Part shown: positions 1 to 10,025 of the stretch, piece after piece
Layout of the letters: each line of letters begins with the position of its first letter
How positions within the stretch are numbered: the stretch's first letter is position 1
DNA from: a virus
Taxonomy: Duplodnaviria; Heunggongvirae; Uroviricota; Caudoviricetes; Straboviridae
Virus record (IMG/VR): IMGVR_UViG_638275431_000001
Span: 19,196 to 83,195 of that record
Strand: one strand, 5' to 3'
DNA: 64,000 nucleotides
Position numbers and translations under genes: made by a program
The notes under the pieces: model-generated
Told to the model about the DNA's origin: nothing
What the model saw: the letters and a program-made list of their open reading frames with translations, nothing else
Databases searched by the model: none

Positions 1-898
1 ATATCCATAAACTTCAAAACATCGGCTTCTACGACAGGCGGAATTTGCGTTCCTGACGGCCACGCAAAACACGCTTCATTGAATGGATTGCGATCACGAA
101 GAGGAATAACCATTACCTTTTCGCCTTCAACAATCTCTGGAATTGATTGGTCAGTTTTTGCAATCCGGTTATATGCAAGGGCTCCTTTCACATGATATGG
201 AGCTCCTTTAATTGGATATCCTGCCGAATCCGCGTTTTTGGCGATATTATTCGCAGAAGACACTGCGGCAATCTCTTGATAATCGATCGTTTTGAATTCA
301 TTCTTGAATTGAATGAAATAATTTTGCAAAGAAGATTCACCTTCTTGCAGCAACCGACGAATTGACTCTTTTAGCGATTTTTGACAAGCCAAAGGAGTGG
401 ATGATCGTTGAGTTTCCAAACCCATGATTTTAAGATGCGGTTCTGCGTATCGAGTGCCTTCCATGTCGTAGACATTTAGTGCATATCTTTTCTTACCAGT
501 CCAAAACCCGCCAATCCCATCCGAACCAAGTGGAGCTCCAAATATGGCCTCACGATCCATTAACAACAAATGGTGATCATTATTCATATATTTTTCAAGT
601 TCTTTATAGGACTCGTCAATATATGGTTCAAGCCTCTTTTGACCCAAGTTGTCCAAAAAGTCAATCAAGTGATTGGTATCTTTGAATTTTTCAATTCCTA
701 CTTTATTGACAACTGCTTCCATGTTGAGATACACCGAGTCAGTATCAATATAACACACATAATCAACATTAGTTGTTTTGACGAGATTGTTGATATATTC
801 GTTCAGTTTACGCTCAATCCACCGAATAGCCAATTGACCGTAAGTTGTAATAGCTTCAGCATTTCGCAAATCGTAGAATCGGAAGAAGTTGTTACCCA
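1..898 (-). CDS. 43: DNA polymerase gp43B, 3' exon (partial; continues past the window start). Translation GNNFFRFYDLRNAEAITTYGQLAIRWIERKLNEYINN...YIDTDSVYL...KKRYALNVYDMEG...EPHLKIMGLETQ matches T4 gp43 residues ~560 onward
   Basis: Manual translation of the minus strand from 896 downward; the T4 gp43 DTDS motif C region is present. The ORF finder lists no ATG-initiated ORF here because the exon has no start codon and is fed by splicing. Confidence 0.8.
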
Positions 899-1245
899 CA
901 TGTTATTCGCCTAGGGTCGTTAATCCTAGACCGCGGATTATGCTTCACAGCATTAACTCGCAGCTATATGTTGCCATATATGTTTAGACTATATTATATA
1001 CCTTTTCGGTATCCCGGCGCTTCCACTCACTTGAGTGTACTCTACTCGGTTCAACATATGTTGCCTTTCGATAGTCGTTGCACCTTCTTGTTAGCCCTGC
1101 TTTGGAGGCTTTGGTGTTATTACTCGACAAACCATTTCTGGTAACACCTTTTACATCGCGTTCATACTAACAAGCTTGGCTCAGGATTGTCTCATTGAGA
1201 TTTCCCCTGAGTTCACCGGGTTTAACGTGCGCCTGGGTTAGTTTA
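899..1245 (-). mobile_element. ORF-less group I intron inside 43B (~347 nt)
   Basis: No ORF in any frame. P7-like pairing cgACTAtcg...aTATAGTCtaaac resembles the R/S elements of T4 td-type introns. A P1 helix can form between the exon end GUGCGU and an internal guide GGCGCAC, giving a U-G at the 5' splice site. The intron ends in G (...aacatG). The predicted splice restores ...SLYGAL|GNNFFRFYDL in frame. Confidence 0.7.
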
Positions 1246-1414
1246 ACGCACCATAAAGCGAGTTGATCAAAATTTTGCGATTAAGTTGATTTGTGTTGCG
1301 CTTTTGTTCTTCTTTTTCACAAGACACAATTACTTTTTGAAGTTCGTCATTTGACAGAGTATTCAGGTATTCAAGTTCAGCGTCATTAAAATCACGAAAT
1401 AATTCAAGTTCCAT
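1246..1414 (-). CDS. 43: DNA polymerase gp43B 5' exon (MELELFRDFNDAELEYLNTLSNDELQKVIVSCEKEEQKRNTNQLNRKILINSLYGAL, motif A region). An in-frame ATG at 1438 overlaps the HEG 3' end. The ATG at 1414 has RBS AAGGA
   Basis: Aligns to T4 gp43 VERYVKF...ANTNQLNRKILINSLYGALG. A stop codon follows LYGAL(N) at the intron boundary. Confidence 0.75.
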
Positions 1415-1416
1415 TG

Positions 1417-2223
1417 TTAATCCTTCTTTTGCTTGCATTTATCAAAATGCCAACGTTTCATCGCGTGCGAGACACCTTCTTTCAAACAATGTGGGCATTG
1501 TATCATAACCCGTGGCAATTTATTCCAACGTGCTTTTGCTGATGCTGATAGCAATTCCTTTGTTTCGCGCGACAATGTAACACCTAGACGTGACATAATA
1601 AAACTCGTGCTGCTTCGGCCACGCTCAGCTTGCTTAAGTCGCATCTCGGGTGTCCATGCGTCAGATAATGCCTTTTTATGTGTTTCTTTAAATTTAATGC
1701 CTTTCAAAACAGAGTCGTTTTGTTCGTAAAATTGTCGTAATGACATTTTGCGTTTTTCTATCGTTTCTGCTGAATCCTTTGAACCAATCCGAGCGGCCGA
1801 AGCTTTTTTGAAATTTTCTATTGACGATTTGCGACAGCGCTCACTAGATTTGCGCGACTCACTGACTGACTTTGAATGTTTCTTTTTATCATTCGCTGAA
1901 CAATAACGCATCCAATTATTATCACCCTTTGTATCAATGTGAGACCAGCCTCCCTTTCCGCCAATAGCCATGTTATACGTTTCGGGCATATCAACAAAAT
2001 AGGCATCAACGATTTCCGATTCAACGAAATATGCTAACTCTTCGCAATCAAATTCCGCTAAAATTTCTCGATCAAAATTTGAAATACCATATTTCGTGAT
2101 AGCATGTCGTATAGCACGGCCACTGCCCATATACGGATCAGTTTCAATGTTATCAGATTTGTGAACGCCGACATAGTATCGGCCGTTCAGCTTGTTTGTT
2201 ACTTTATAAAGATACCACATCAT
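1417..2223 (-). CDS. Free-standing GIY-YIG homing endonuclease (seg-like), inserted between the 43A and 43B cistrons
   Basis: N-terminal YLYKVTNKLNGRYYVGVH...GSGRAIRHAIT...NMAIGGKGG GIY-YIG module; basic C-terminal DNA-binding region; RBS GAGGAG 5 nt upstream. Confidence 0.8.
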   Translation of the reverse strand: MMWYLYKVTNKLNGRYYVGVHKSDNIETDPYMGSGRAIRHAITKYGISNFDREILAEFDCEELAYFVESEIVDAYFVDMPETYNMAIGGKGGWSHIDTKGDNNWMRYCSANDKKKHSKSVSESRKSSERCRKSSIENFKKASAARIGSKDSAETIEKRKMSLRQFYEQNDSVLKGIKFKETHKKALSDAWTPEMRLKQAERGRSSTSFIMSRLGVTLSRETKELLSASAKARWNKLPRVMIQCPHCLKEGVSHAMKRWHFDKCKQKKD

Positions 2224-2231
2224 TTCTCCTC

Positions 2232-2253
2232 GGGGTTATTTTATCATAACCCC
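2232..2253 (-). promoter_or_regulatory. Intercistronic untranslated hairpin (ggggtta..taacccc) followed by RBS GAGGAG, between 43A and the HEG
   Basis: Perfect 6-7 bp inverted repeat with a 10-nt loop seen in the sequence, placed between the 43A stop and the HEG start. Confidence 0.5.
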
Positions 2254-2264
2254 GTCTTCTGTAA

Positions 2265-3761
2265 TCAATGGTCTGTTTTAATTCCGCGAGAAGCCAGAAT
2301 TTTCTTAATTGCTTCCTGATTTCGAATTGCAGCTAGCATCATCTTTTTCTCGGATTTACGTTGGAGAAATACTTTTTCAGTTTCAGTTGGCAGTACCCCG
2401 GTGACTCCTTTCTTATACATCATACCGTTCGGTGCGCAACTGAATTTATCTGAGGGTTTAGGAGCAACGCCAGATATATAGTCTTCAATCCTTGCAGGAG
2501 AAAACATCCCTGCGATCATCTCAGGACTAATGTTCAACAATCTGAGGATAGATGGATACAAAGATGTTAAGTCAAAGCTCATGCCATATCGATACGCACC
2601 AGGAACAGGTTCTTTTACGTATGCTCCAGGGAAACTTTGCTTTGGACTAGCTTTCATCATTGGAATAACTACATTTTTCTCAACAAGCGAATTGAAAATG
2701 ATAGAATCCCAAACTTTGATAGTTCCTAGTACATCCTCGAAACGAATTTTCGCGTAATAGCAAAGAGACAGAATAAGATCAATAAAGCATCGACGGCCAT
2801 CGATCAACAGAATAATATCCGTATCTCGCACGCAGTAATCGACATATCGCTGGTGATCTGCTGCTCGGAACTTATTAATTGGGCCATCATATTCCAATTT
2901 GTCTGCTTTAACTTCACGGTATCCGACATTGCCCAATTTATAGTCAGGCATAACAGTGAAACTGAACTTTTTGAAAACATCCATATAATCCATTAGTGCA
3001 ACACCATGGATACGATAGATCGTTTTTTCACCGTACATATTTGTAATTGTTTTTGAGCTGATCTTGCCGTATGGGCTTAATTGGTTAGCTGCACTTTCAC
3101 CCAAGATGTTGATAATTCGAGTGATAATGTACGGAATATCGAAACCTTCGCTGTTCCAACCAAACACCAAATCAGGGGTAGATGATTTCCATAGTTGAAT
3201 ATAGTTGAGAAGAAGATCAATTTCAGTGTCGAATGGCATGTAAACGACATTGTCAAGAATATATTTGTCCAAAACAGACTTAGATGGGTCCCAATGGCCT
3301 ACATCTTTAACAAGGTCAAAAATGTAATATGTCTTTTTGCCCTCGTGCAAACGCACATGGGAAATCATATCAATTTCATATTTTGCAAATTTGGGATCAG
3401 GGAATTCTGGAGCTGTTACTTCGATATCGACTACATCAATAATGACATTGTCACGATCAAAATCAATAACTCCGCGATAATTATCGGAGATGTAGGAAAT
3501 GCAATAGTCGTCCATACCCATGGCGTCTTGGCCAATTTCGGCCATTCGTTTCTGCCATTGCTTTGCTTCCCAAATGTTTTCATGCTTCTTCGGTACGCAA
3601 AAACGTCCATAGATGTCTTTGTGCTTTGTCTCTACACCTGGGGCGGCATGATGAAAGAGTGTCGGCTGATAGTTCGTTTTTCGCGATAGTCTTACACCGT
3701 CTTTAACGTAACGCTCAAAAACGGTATTTCCAATAACTTCGATGTTCGTGTAATGCTGCAT
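2265..3761 (-). CDS. 43: DNA polymerase gp43A (N-terminal exonuclease domain plus part of the polymerase domain, 498 aa). It ends where 43B picks up
   Basis: Collinear with T4 gp43 residues 1-~500 (FDIEV, YMPFD, HQRYVDYCVRD, SFPGA, FDLTSLYPSI, KKILASRG). Confidence 0.9.
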   Translation of the reverse strand: MQHYTNIEVIGNTVFERYVKDGVRLSRKTNYQPTLFHHAAPGVETKHKDIYGRFCVPKKHENIWEAKQWQKRMAEIGQDAMGMDDYCISYISDNYRGVIDFDRDNVIIDVVDIEVTAPEFPDPKFAKYEIDMISHVRLHEGKKTYYIFDLVKDVGHWDPSKSVLDKYILDNVVYMPFDTEIDLLLNYIQLWKSSTPDLVFGWNSEGFDIPYIITRIINILGESAANQLSPYGKISSKTITNMYGEKTIYRIHGVALMDYMDVFKKFSFTVMPDYKLGNVGYREVKADKLEYDGPINKFRAADHQRYVDYCVRDTDIILLIDGRRCFIDLILSLCYYAKIRFEDVLGTIKVWDSIIFNSLVEKNVVIPMMKASPKQSFPGAYVKEPVPGAYRYGMSFDLTSLYPSILRLLNISPEMIAGMFSPARIEDYISGVAPKPSDKFSCAPNGMMYKKGVTGVLPTETEKVFLQRKSEKKMMLAAIRNQEAIKKILASRGIKTDH

Positions 3762-3800
3762 AATATATCCTTCTAAATGGCCTCAACAGAGGCCATTTCA

Positions 3801-4157
3801 TTAACCAAATTTATACTTCGCGATAAGCTGCCATTCACACTTTTGCTTGTGGCTAATAACTCTAAAATTATTGTGAGTTGACAATTCAATAGGAGTTAGT
3901 ATTTTACACAAATTCCATGACTGAAGCAACGAAGCAATATTATTTCGTCTAGAAATATCTTCTTCGGAAATTGATACTGGTAGACCATCTAGTTTCAGCA
4001 TTTCCTTGAAATGAACAATGAAATATTTGCCTTGCTTTTGAAGAATATGGCAGCTTTGATAAAGTTTCTTTTCTTTATTAGAAGCAATGCCAATTCGTGT
4101 AAGTGTTTCAGCAATTTTCAGAAAATCATCAGGATGATTGATATCGATTTGGATCAT
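3801..4157 (-). CDS. regA: RegA translational repressor
   Basis: PDDFLKIAETLTRIGIASNKEKKLYQSCHILQK...YFIVHFKEM...NNFRVISHKQK matches T4 RegA. Confidence 0.9.
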   Translation of the reverse strand: MIQIDINHPDDFLKIAETLTRIGIASNKEKKLYQSCHILQKQGKYFIVHFKEMLKLDGLPVSISEEDISRRNNIASLLQSWNLCKILTPIELSTHNNFRVISHKQKCEWQLIAKYKFG

Positions 4158-4166
4158 AAGAAAACC

Positions 4167-4766
4167 TTAGAATTTTTTAGCCAACTTAAGCATCTGCGTT
4201 TGATCTTTTGCTGTTTTCGCAACAGTTTTAACAAATGCTGGAGTTACAATAAATTTGTGATTTTTCAGAAAATCATTCAAAGTGTTTCGCCTTTGCATGA
4301 TTTGCATATACATCTTTGCGGTGTGCAAATCAACGTTATTCGCTGCTTGTATAACGGCAATATAAAGCTTTTCATCGATTGATTCATCTAGTTTAGGCCA
4401 TTTGCCGTAAATTTTGCCTTTTCTTATAGATGACACCAGGTAATTGTATTGTGCTTGGGCCGGCAATGCTGTCAGAAGATTCATGACGTATGCCGAATAT
4501 AGCGTTTCGGCATGCATCGAAAGAGCATTATTGATAAACCATGCCGGGTAATCACTATTTGATACACATTTTTCCGTTTTGTTGTAAGTGATATCATCCA
4601 ACAATGCGAATGCATTGTTTTCGGCAGGTTCTTTGAACATATCAGCTAATGCTGATACGGCATCCCAATCTTTCGATTTCCAAGCAATTTCATGCTCGTT
4701 GAGTTGCTCATCATCACCCATAAGGAAATTCAAATTCATATCGAACTCCTTACAGCCAGTTACCAT
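4167..4766 (-). CDS. 62: Clamp-loader small subunit gp62
   Basis: QLNEHEIAWKSKDWDAV...KMYMQIMQ similarity to T4 gp62. Overlaps the gene 44 stop, consistent with translational coupling. Confidence 0.8.
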   Translation of the reverse strand: MVTGCKEFDMNLNFLMGDDEQLNEHEIAWKSKDWDAVSALADMFKEPAENNAFALLDDITYNKTEKCVSNSDYPAWFINNALSMHAETLYSAYVMNLLTALPAQAQYNYLVSSIRKGKIYGKWPKLDESIDEKLYIAVIQAANNVDLHTAKMYMQIMQRRNTLNDFLKNHKFIVTPAFVKTVAKTAKDQTQMLKLAKKF

Positions 4767-5715
4767 GGAATTCTACGGCAAGCTGAACGAACATATATTG
4801 AACATGAATCTCGATATTTGCAGCTTGACCAAACAGTTGGTTGTTTTCACCGATAATTTCGTACATGCGAATTTTTGCCGGACCATTAACGAGCGGGTAC
4901 AATGCATTGCATAGACGTTCAACAAAACCAGCGTAATCAGTCGTGTATTGACCAGCCATTGCACGAAGCGATTTCAAATCTTTAGCTTTAAGTGCATCAA
5001 TGACTTGTTCGATATCGTTGCGGGTATTGAGAACCAGACTCAGAATACCGCTGTCAATTTTACCTTCGGATGCATAGAAATCCATCTCGTTGACAGTTTT
5101 ACGGAAATCAGGGAAGTTCTTTTTAACCAAAGCGGCAATAACTTTGCGATCTTCAACTTCGATATTTTCAGCATCACAAATTGCTTCGGCACGAACAATC
5201 ATCTGTTTCATCATATTGACTTTATCAGATTGATCGGCTTTACCAAATTGAATAACACGACACCGTGATTGAAGTGCTGGAATAATTCCACCCAAATCAT
5301 TCGCAGTAATGATAAATGTGCAATTTTTGGAATGAGCTTCCATGAATGAGCGAAGATGACGCTGAGAATCTGCAAGACCCGCTCGATCAAATTCATCGAT
5401 GATAATTACTTTTCCACCTGCTGCCATAGTTTTAGAGCTTGCAAATGGAGTCATAACATCGCGAACAAAATCAATTTTTGCGTCTGCGCCGTTAACGAAC
5501 AAAAACTCGGCTTCAACTTCTGATACCAGAGCTTTGGCGACGGTAGTTTTACCTGTGCCTGGGGAAGGAGAATGAAGAATAATGTTGGGGATACGACCAG
5601 ATTTGACGATAGATTTGAAAATCTTTTTGTCATATTCTGGCAAAATGCATTCATCGATTGTTCCTGGACGATATTTGTTTTCAAACATGAATTCGCCGGC
5701 ATTAACTGTCAACAT
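4750..5715 (-). CDS. 44: Clamp-loader ATPase gp44 (AAA+)
   Basis: Walker A SPSPGTGKTTVAKAL, Walker B IIIDEFDR, SRC motif QSRC. Confidence 0.9.
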   Translation of the reverse strand: MLTVNAGEFMFENKYRPGTIDECILPEYDKKIFKSIVKSGRIPNIILHSPSPGTGKTTVAKALVSEVEAEFLFVNGADAKIDFVRDVMTPFASSKTMAAGGKVIIIDEFDRAGLADSQRHLRSFMEAHSKNCTFIITANDLGGIIPALQSRCRVIQFGKADQSDKVNMMKQMIVRAEAICDAENIEVEDRKVIAALVKKNFPDFRKTVNEMDFYASEGKIDSGILSLVLNTRNDIEQVIDALKAKDLKSLRAMAGQYTTDYAGFVERLCNALYPLVNGPAKIRMYEIIGENNQLFGQAANIEIHVQYMFVQLAVEFHGNWL

Positions 5716-5729
5716 ATTAAAATTCCTCT

Positions 5730-5757
5730 CAAAAGAAAGCGGGCTTTTACACCCGCA
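5730..5757 (-). terminator. Intercistronic hairpin (gcgggtgtaaaagcccgc) plus U-run between genes 45 and 44. Likely attenuator or terminator ahead of the gene 44 RBS GAGAGGAA
   Basis: Stem-loop followed by a T-rich run on the minus strand. Confidence 0.4.
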
Positions 5758-5777
5758 TTATATCACACCAGAATTTA

Positions 5778-6449
5778 TTAGAAGTCGTGCTTTGAAGATG
5801 TTTCAAGGACAAATACGTATGCGGTATTAATTCCCTGGAATTGAGCAGCGCCCTTGGAAGAAATATTGATTTTGTAATCGGCAACAACGACACTGACGTT
5901 TTCAAGGTTGATAACGAAACTGAAGTTGTTGGTGCCTTCATATGGACAGACTGTCAAAGAATATCGGGTTCGTGCATTATCACCGTCTTCGACTGCAAAC
6001 GCATCAATAACGATATGATCGTTGCGATTAGTAATCGCGATACGGTCTGCGCCAACTGCCCGAGAGATTTTGAGAATTTCTGTCAAATCTTCGGCTTTCA
6101 GATCAAACTCTACATCAGCCGGAGGCATACGCAGTCGTTGCTTCGGTACCACGATGACCGAAGATTCAGCATCAGGCAGATTTACTTTCGCACGACCATT
6201 TTGGATGACAATTTCCCCGTTTGAGAGATTGATGTCAGAACCTTCACCCAGCTGACCAAGAATTGACAGGAAATTAGGAAGGTCATAGATGTTCAGCTCA
6301 GAATCAATTTCATCTGCGATTGTAGCTTCAGCGTATGCAACACCATTTACCGACTTTGTCATGATGAAATTGCCAGGGGTAAGTCGCAGAGATGGATTGA
6401 TAGCTGCAAAATTCTTCATTACGGACAGTGTTTCTTTTGTAAGTTTCAT
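5778..6449 (-). CDS. 45: Sliding clamp gp45
   Basis: MKLTKETLSVMKNFAAINPSL...FIMTKSVNG..AYAEA...TSSKHDF aligns end-to-end with T4 gp45. Confidence 0.9.
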   Translation of the reverse strand: MKLTKETLSVMKNFAAINPSLRLTPGNFIMTKSVNGVAYAEATIADEIDSELNIYDLPNFLSILGQLGEGSDINLSNGEIVIQNGRAKVNLPDAESSVIVVPKQRLRMPPADVEFDLKAEDLTEILKISRAVGADRIAITNRNDHIVIDAFAVEDGDNARTRYSLTVCPYEGTNNFSFVINLENVSVVVADYKINISSKGAAQFQGINTAYVFVLETSSKHDF

Positions 6450-6502
6450 TTCATATTCCTTTCAGTATTTGAAATATTATAACACAACTACGATATAGCT
6501 TA

Positions 6503-6856
6503 TTAGTAATCTGCCATGACAGTCTGAGCAGCTTGAATAATCAGTTCGTCAGTGTCGTATTGGAATTGTTTGGCCAGTACTTTTTTGTCATTCATTCCTT
6601 TAACATGATATCCGCCATTGACCAGAATGCTTTCTCGACGGCGTACGAGCAAATCGATATACGTGTCTCGAACCATTTTATCAATTTCGGCATATAGTTC
6701 GAACCGAATTTTCTGTTCAAGAGCTTGCAGTTGGTTTGCACGAATATCGCTGATAAATGATACCCAGGCTTTTCGGATTTTAACTGAATTTTCGAACACG
6801 TTATCGCTCATCGGGCGGATATCGGCTGGTACAAAAACAACGGCTTGATTACGCAT
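6503..6856 (-). CDS. rpbA: RpbA-like (RNA polymerase binding protein A); assigned by position between 45 and 45.2
   Basis: Synteny with the T4 45-rpbA-45.2-46 order; size is similar. Confidence 0.45.
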   Translation of the reverse strand: MRNQAVVFVPADIRPMSDNVFENSVKIRKAWVSFISDIRANQLQALEQKIRFELYAEIDKMVRDTYIDLLVRRRESILVNGGYHVKGMNDKKVLAKQFQYDTDELIIQAAQTVMADY

Positions 6857-6916
6857 ACATATTCCTCAGTGTGTTTATAACGAACATTCTAATATAATTT
6901 CTATTCACGCAAATCA

Positions 6917-7102
6917 TTAGTCGAAAATTTCAACTAAACTGTAATAAGCATGACGATTTGATTTCAACTTGCGGATATCTTCTTCGCTGAAGACCTGTTT
7001 TAAGTCATCATCAGTGACAATCAAACTAACATGACTATTTTCATCGGTTAAATTATAACTCCTTATTTCAGGAGCAGTTGTTGGAAGATTATAAAACATC
7101 AA
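6917..7102 (-). CDS. 45.2: gp45.2-like small protein
   Basis: 61 aa; TAPEI...DDDLKQVFSEEDIRKLK resembles T4 45.2; synteny. Confidence 0.5.
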   Translation of the reverse strand: MMFYNLPTTAPEIRSYNLTDENSHVSLIVTDDDLKQVFSEEDIRKLKSNRHAYYSLVEIFD

Positions 7103-8801
7103 AAATTACCTCATTCATTACGCTAGTTCTCCCTAGCTTTGACATTACAATGTGTCTGTCAAATTTCTGAGGATCGTGTTCTCCATGCGAAATGATAAAC
7201 ACGTTGGCTTTCATGTTTTCTATAATTGAAAACACTGAGCGTTGCGCATCATCATCAGAAGGACCGTCAAATACTTCATCCATAAACAGCGCATTAACAT
7301 CTACGCCAGAAACTTCAGATGCTAAATCGCGCCAAGCAAACATGACAGCCATGTCAATACGAGCTTTTTCGCCTTGAGAAAAACTGTTATAACTGAATGT
7401 GCTTCTTCCTGAAGATTTTATTACTTCTTTAAATTCAGAATCAAGAGTAAATCCAAAATCTGCATCCATTATATCAAGATAATGAGAGATGCGATTATTG
7501 AAATACGGAATATAACGGGCCATGATGACAGCTTTAATTCCCGAATCCTTCAAAAGATCAGCTATCAAAGACCTACGATGCTTCTCTTTTTCTAAATCAG
7601 ACTTAGCACTAATTTTTAGACGTAGGTTATTCCCGAGTTGGTCGATTTCCGATGTGTAATCTGTTCTTTCATCCTGCAGACGCTCGATTGCAGCTTTTGC
7701 AGCTTTTGCTTGGTTAACATAAAGAGCAATAGACTGTTTTTCGTTGTTTAACTTATTCTGAAGATCACGGAAATTAACAGTTGCTTCATTGAACTCTATC
7801 ATTTTTTGGTTGAGTTCATTTATACGAATATCGGCTTTATCAAGTTGACCTTGGATCTGCGACATTTTATCACGCAATTTCACTAGCAGTTCAGGATCGT
7901 CAAATTGTTGCATGCATGTTGGACACGTTCCACCATCTTCATGCATATGAGCAATACCGGAAAATTGTTCATGTTGCGCTGCGGCTTTTGCTCTAGCCAT
8001 TGTAAACTTGCCAAGATCGGATGCAGGGGAATCAGGCATCACGAATTCTGTAATTTGCGTTGTGAGCAAATCAATAGCCGACTTGATTTCTTTTGCTTTT
8101 TCGCGAGCGGTGTCATATACTGCCTGGTGGTCGGATATAGCAGCAGCATTGGATGCATTAGAGTTATTCTGGTGATCCTGGTATGTTTTCAGTTGTGAGT
8201 TTATATGGTTTATTTCCATATCAACTGAAGTGATATCCTGGTTTAACTCTTTAATCCTGGTTTTATTGATTTTATCCATTTGAGCTAAGACGGATACTTC
8301 CAGCAAATCTTCCACCAGTTTGCGCCTTTCTGGTGCTTTTAGTTGCATAAATGGCGTATATCCAGCAGTGCCCAAAACAACTATCTGTTTAAAACTGGTA
8401 GAATTCATTCCAATCATTTCTTCGAAATATGACTGAAAATCTTTAACTGATGCTGCAGCATCTATAGCCACACCGTCACAAGTTATCGAAAACTTATTAG
8501 GCTTAATTCCACGTGTAATGTGATAAATCTTTTCTTCGTATTCCAACCAAAGTTCCACTAACAAATTTTTGCCAGTGTTTTCATTCAGCAGTTGGTTTTT
8601 TGTAATATCTCGAAAAGGTTTACCGAATAACGCAAAATAAATTGCCTCCAACATTGTCGATTTTCCGGCACCATTTTTACCAGTACACAACGTTTTAGCA
8701 TACTTGTTAAGCGACATATCGATAGGATCATCGCCCACAGACATGATGTTTTTATAGCGAACTCGAATAAATCCAAGCTGCTTCTTTTTAATTTCAATCA
8801 T
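7089..8801 (-). CDS. 46: Recombination nuclease subunit gp46 (Rad50/SbcC-like ATPase)
   Basis: N-terminal Walker A GKNGAGKST, coiled-coil middle, C-terminal signature/Walker B FMDEVFDG..H. Confidence 0.9.
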   Translation of the reverse strand: MIEIKKKQLGFIRVRYKNIMSVGDDPIDMSLNKYAKTLCTGKNGAGKSTMLEAIYFALFGKPFRDITKNQLLNENTGKNLLVELWLEYEEKIYHITRGIKPNKFSITCDGVAIDAAASVKDFQSYFEEMIGMNSTSFKQIVVLGTAGYTPFMQLKAPERRKLVEDLLEVSVLAQMDKINKTRIKELNQDITSVDMEINHINSQLKTYQDHQNNSNASNAAAISDHQAVYDTAREKAKEIKSAIDLLTTQITEFVMPDSPASDLGKFTMARAKAAAQHEQFSGIAHMHEDGGTCPTCMQQFDDPELLVKLRDKMSQIQGQLDKADIRINELNQKMIEFNEATVNFRDLQNKLNNEKQSIALYVNQAKAAKAAIERLQDERTDYTSEIDQLGNNLRLKISAKSDLEKEKHRRSLIADLLKDSGIKAVIMARYIPYFNNRISHYLDIMDADFGFTLDSEFKEVIKSSGRSTFSYNSFSQGEKARIDMAVMFAWRDLASEVSGVDVNALFMDEVFDGPSDDDAQRSVFSIIENMKANVFIISHGEHDPQKFDRHIVMSKLGRTSVMNEVIFDVL

Positions 8802-9871
8802 GATGCAATAGCCTCAGCATAAAGTTCATTTGCCATAATTACGATTGCTTCTTTATGTTCTGCACCGATACCGGAATTTGCGACACTGTCGGCGAATAAA
8901 CCCATTATCGTCATCGAACTACCAGAAGTATCCATAGATGAAACAGCAAGAGTTTCACCGTCATCGGTTATATCAGATGAAGAATCAACTTCAATTTTGG
9001 CAGATTTGTTGATAGTTCTCAAATCATGAACAATTTTAGACAGAAGAAATTCAACTTTTGTCAAGCCTTCATCAACTTCATTAGCAATCAAACGAACAGA
9101 ACAACCAGAGCACTCTCGAATTTCTTCTATTGTAACACCAGGATAAGTCAGTCGTCTGTGCCATGTTTTGGAATTCGGAATAAATTCAAATTCGCGGGTT
9201 TCTGTGTCAAGAACCCAGAAACCGCGAGGGTCATCTTCATCACCGGCTGTAATCGTATAAGGAGTGCCGATGTAGTGAATATTTTCACCACCTGATTGAG
9301 TATGAAAATGTCCAGAGACAACTTTTTCATACTTTTTCAAAAAATCTCCACTGTATCCCGAACTCGGGATATTTTTGTAGAAATAAAATCCGCTTAGTTC
9401 CCAATGACCAAGACACCATGGGGATTCTGATTTTTTGATAAACTCAAAAATGTCCGATGCATTTTCTTTACACAGCCACGGAATAAGGTCAATGTCTATG
9501 TGTTCGAATTTAACGGTGGTTGGAGAATCGATAACAACATAAACATCGTCTTTGCCTAAAATCTCTGTCACGCTATTAGGGTGAATTTTGTCCTTCAACA
9601 TTAAGTCATGGTTACCCACAATAACATAGCATGTTATCCCTGCTTCTCTAAGCAGTGTCGTTATTTTAGTTCTAACAAACCGCATTGTTCGTTGTGTTAC
9701 AGCTTTGCGAACATCAAAGAAATCTCCCGATTGAAGCCATTGGGTTATCCCATTAGCTTTTGAATAAGCAATGGCTTGCTCGATGGAAGAAAGAATTATA
9801 TTTTCGTGCCATGGGTCATCTTCCTTTACCCCAATATGCAAATCACCTAGAAATAGAGTTTTCATAATCAC
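8798..9871 (-). CDS. 47: Recombination nuclease subunit gp47 (Mre11/SbcD-like phosphoesterase)
   Basis: MKTLFLGDLHIG, GNHD, GHFH metallophosphatase motifs; start overlaps the gene 46 stop (ATGA). Confidence 0.9.
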   Translation of the reverse strand: MIMKTLFLGDLHIGVKEDDPWHENIILSSIEQAIAYSKANGITQWLQSGDFFDVRKAVTQRTMRFVRTKITTLLREAGITCYVIVGNHDLMLKDKIHPNSVTEILGKDDVYVVIDSPTTVKFEHIDIDLIPWLCKENASDIFEFIKKSESPWCLGHWELSGFYFYKNIPSSGYSGDFLKKYEKVVSGHFHTQSGGENIHYIGTPYTITAGDEDDPRGFWVLDTETREFEFIPNSKTWHRRLTYPGVTIEEIRECSGCSVRLIANEVDEGLTKVEFLLSKIVHDLRTINKSAKIEVDSSSDITDDGETLAVSSMDTSGSSMTIMGLFADSVANSGIGAEHKEAIVIMANELYAEAIAS

Positions 9872-9994
9872 CCTTCTTTAAATTTGAACCTTTATAATCA
9901 GTGCCTTATTCGCTTTTCTGAAGATGATCATACGAATGGTGGAAGTTTATCCATTCGGTAAGCCAAATAAGTAACAAACGTACTCAATAGATAC

Positions 9995-10018
9995 AAAAAT
10001 AGGCTCCGTGGAGCCTAT
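9995..10018 (-). terminator. Rho-independent terminator (aggctccgtggagcct plus U-run)
   Basis: Hairpin plus T-run on the minus strand downstream of ORF 10026..10370. Confidence 0.55.
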
Positions 10019-10025
10019 TATATCA

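Noticed and set aside
147-914. Plus-strand ORFs 147..365, 479..685 and 570..914 at the window start
   Set aside because: They lie antisense to the well-supported 3' exon of gene 43 (minus strand) and have no recognisable motifs
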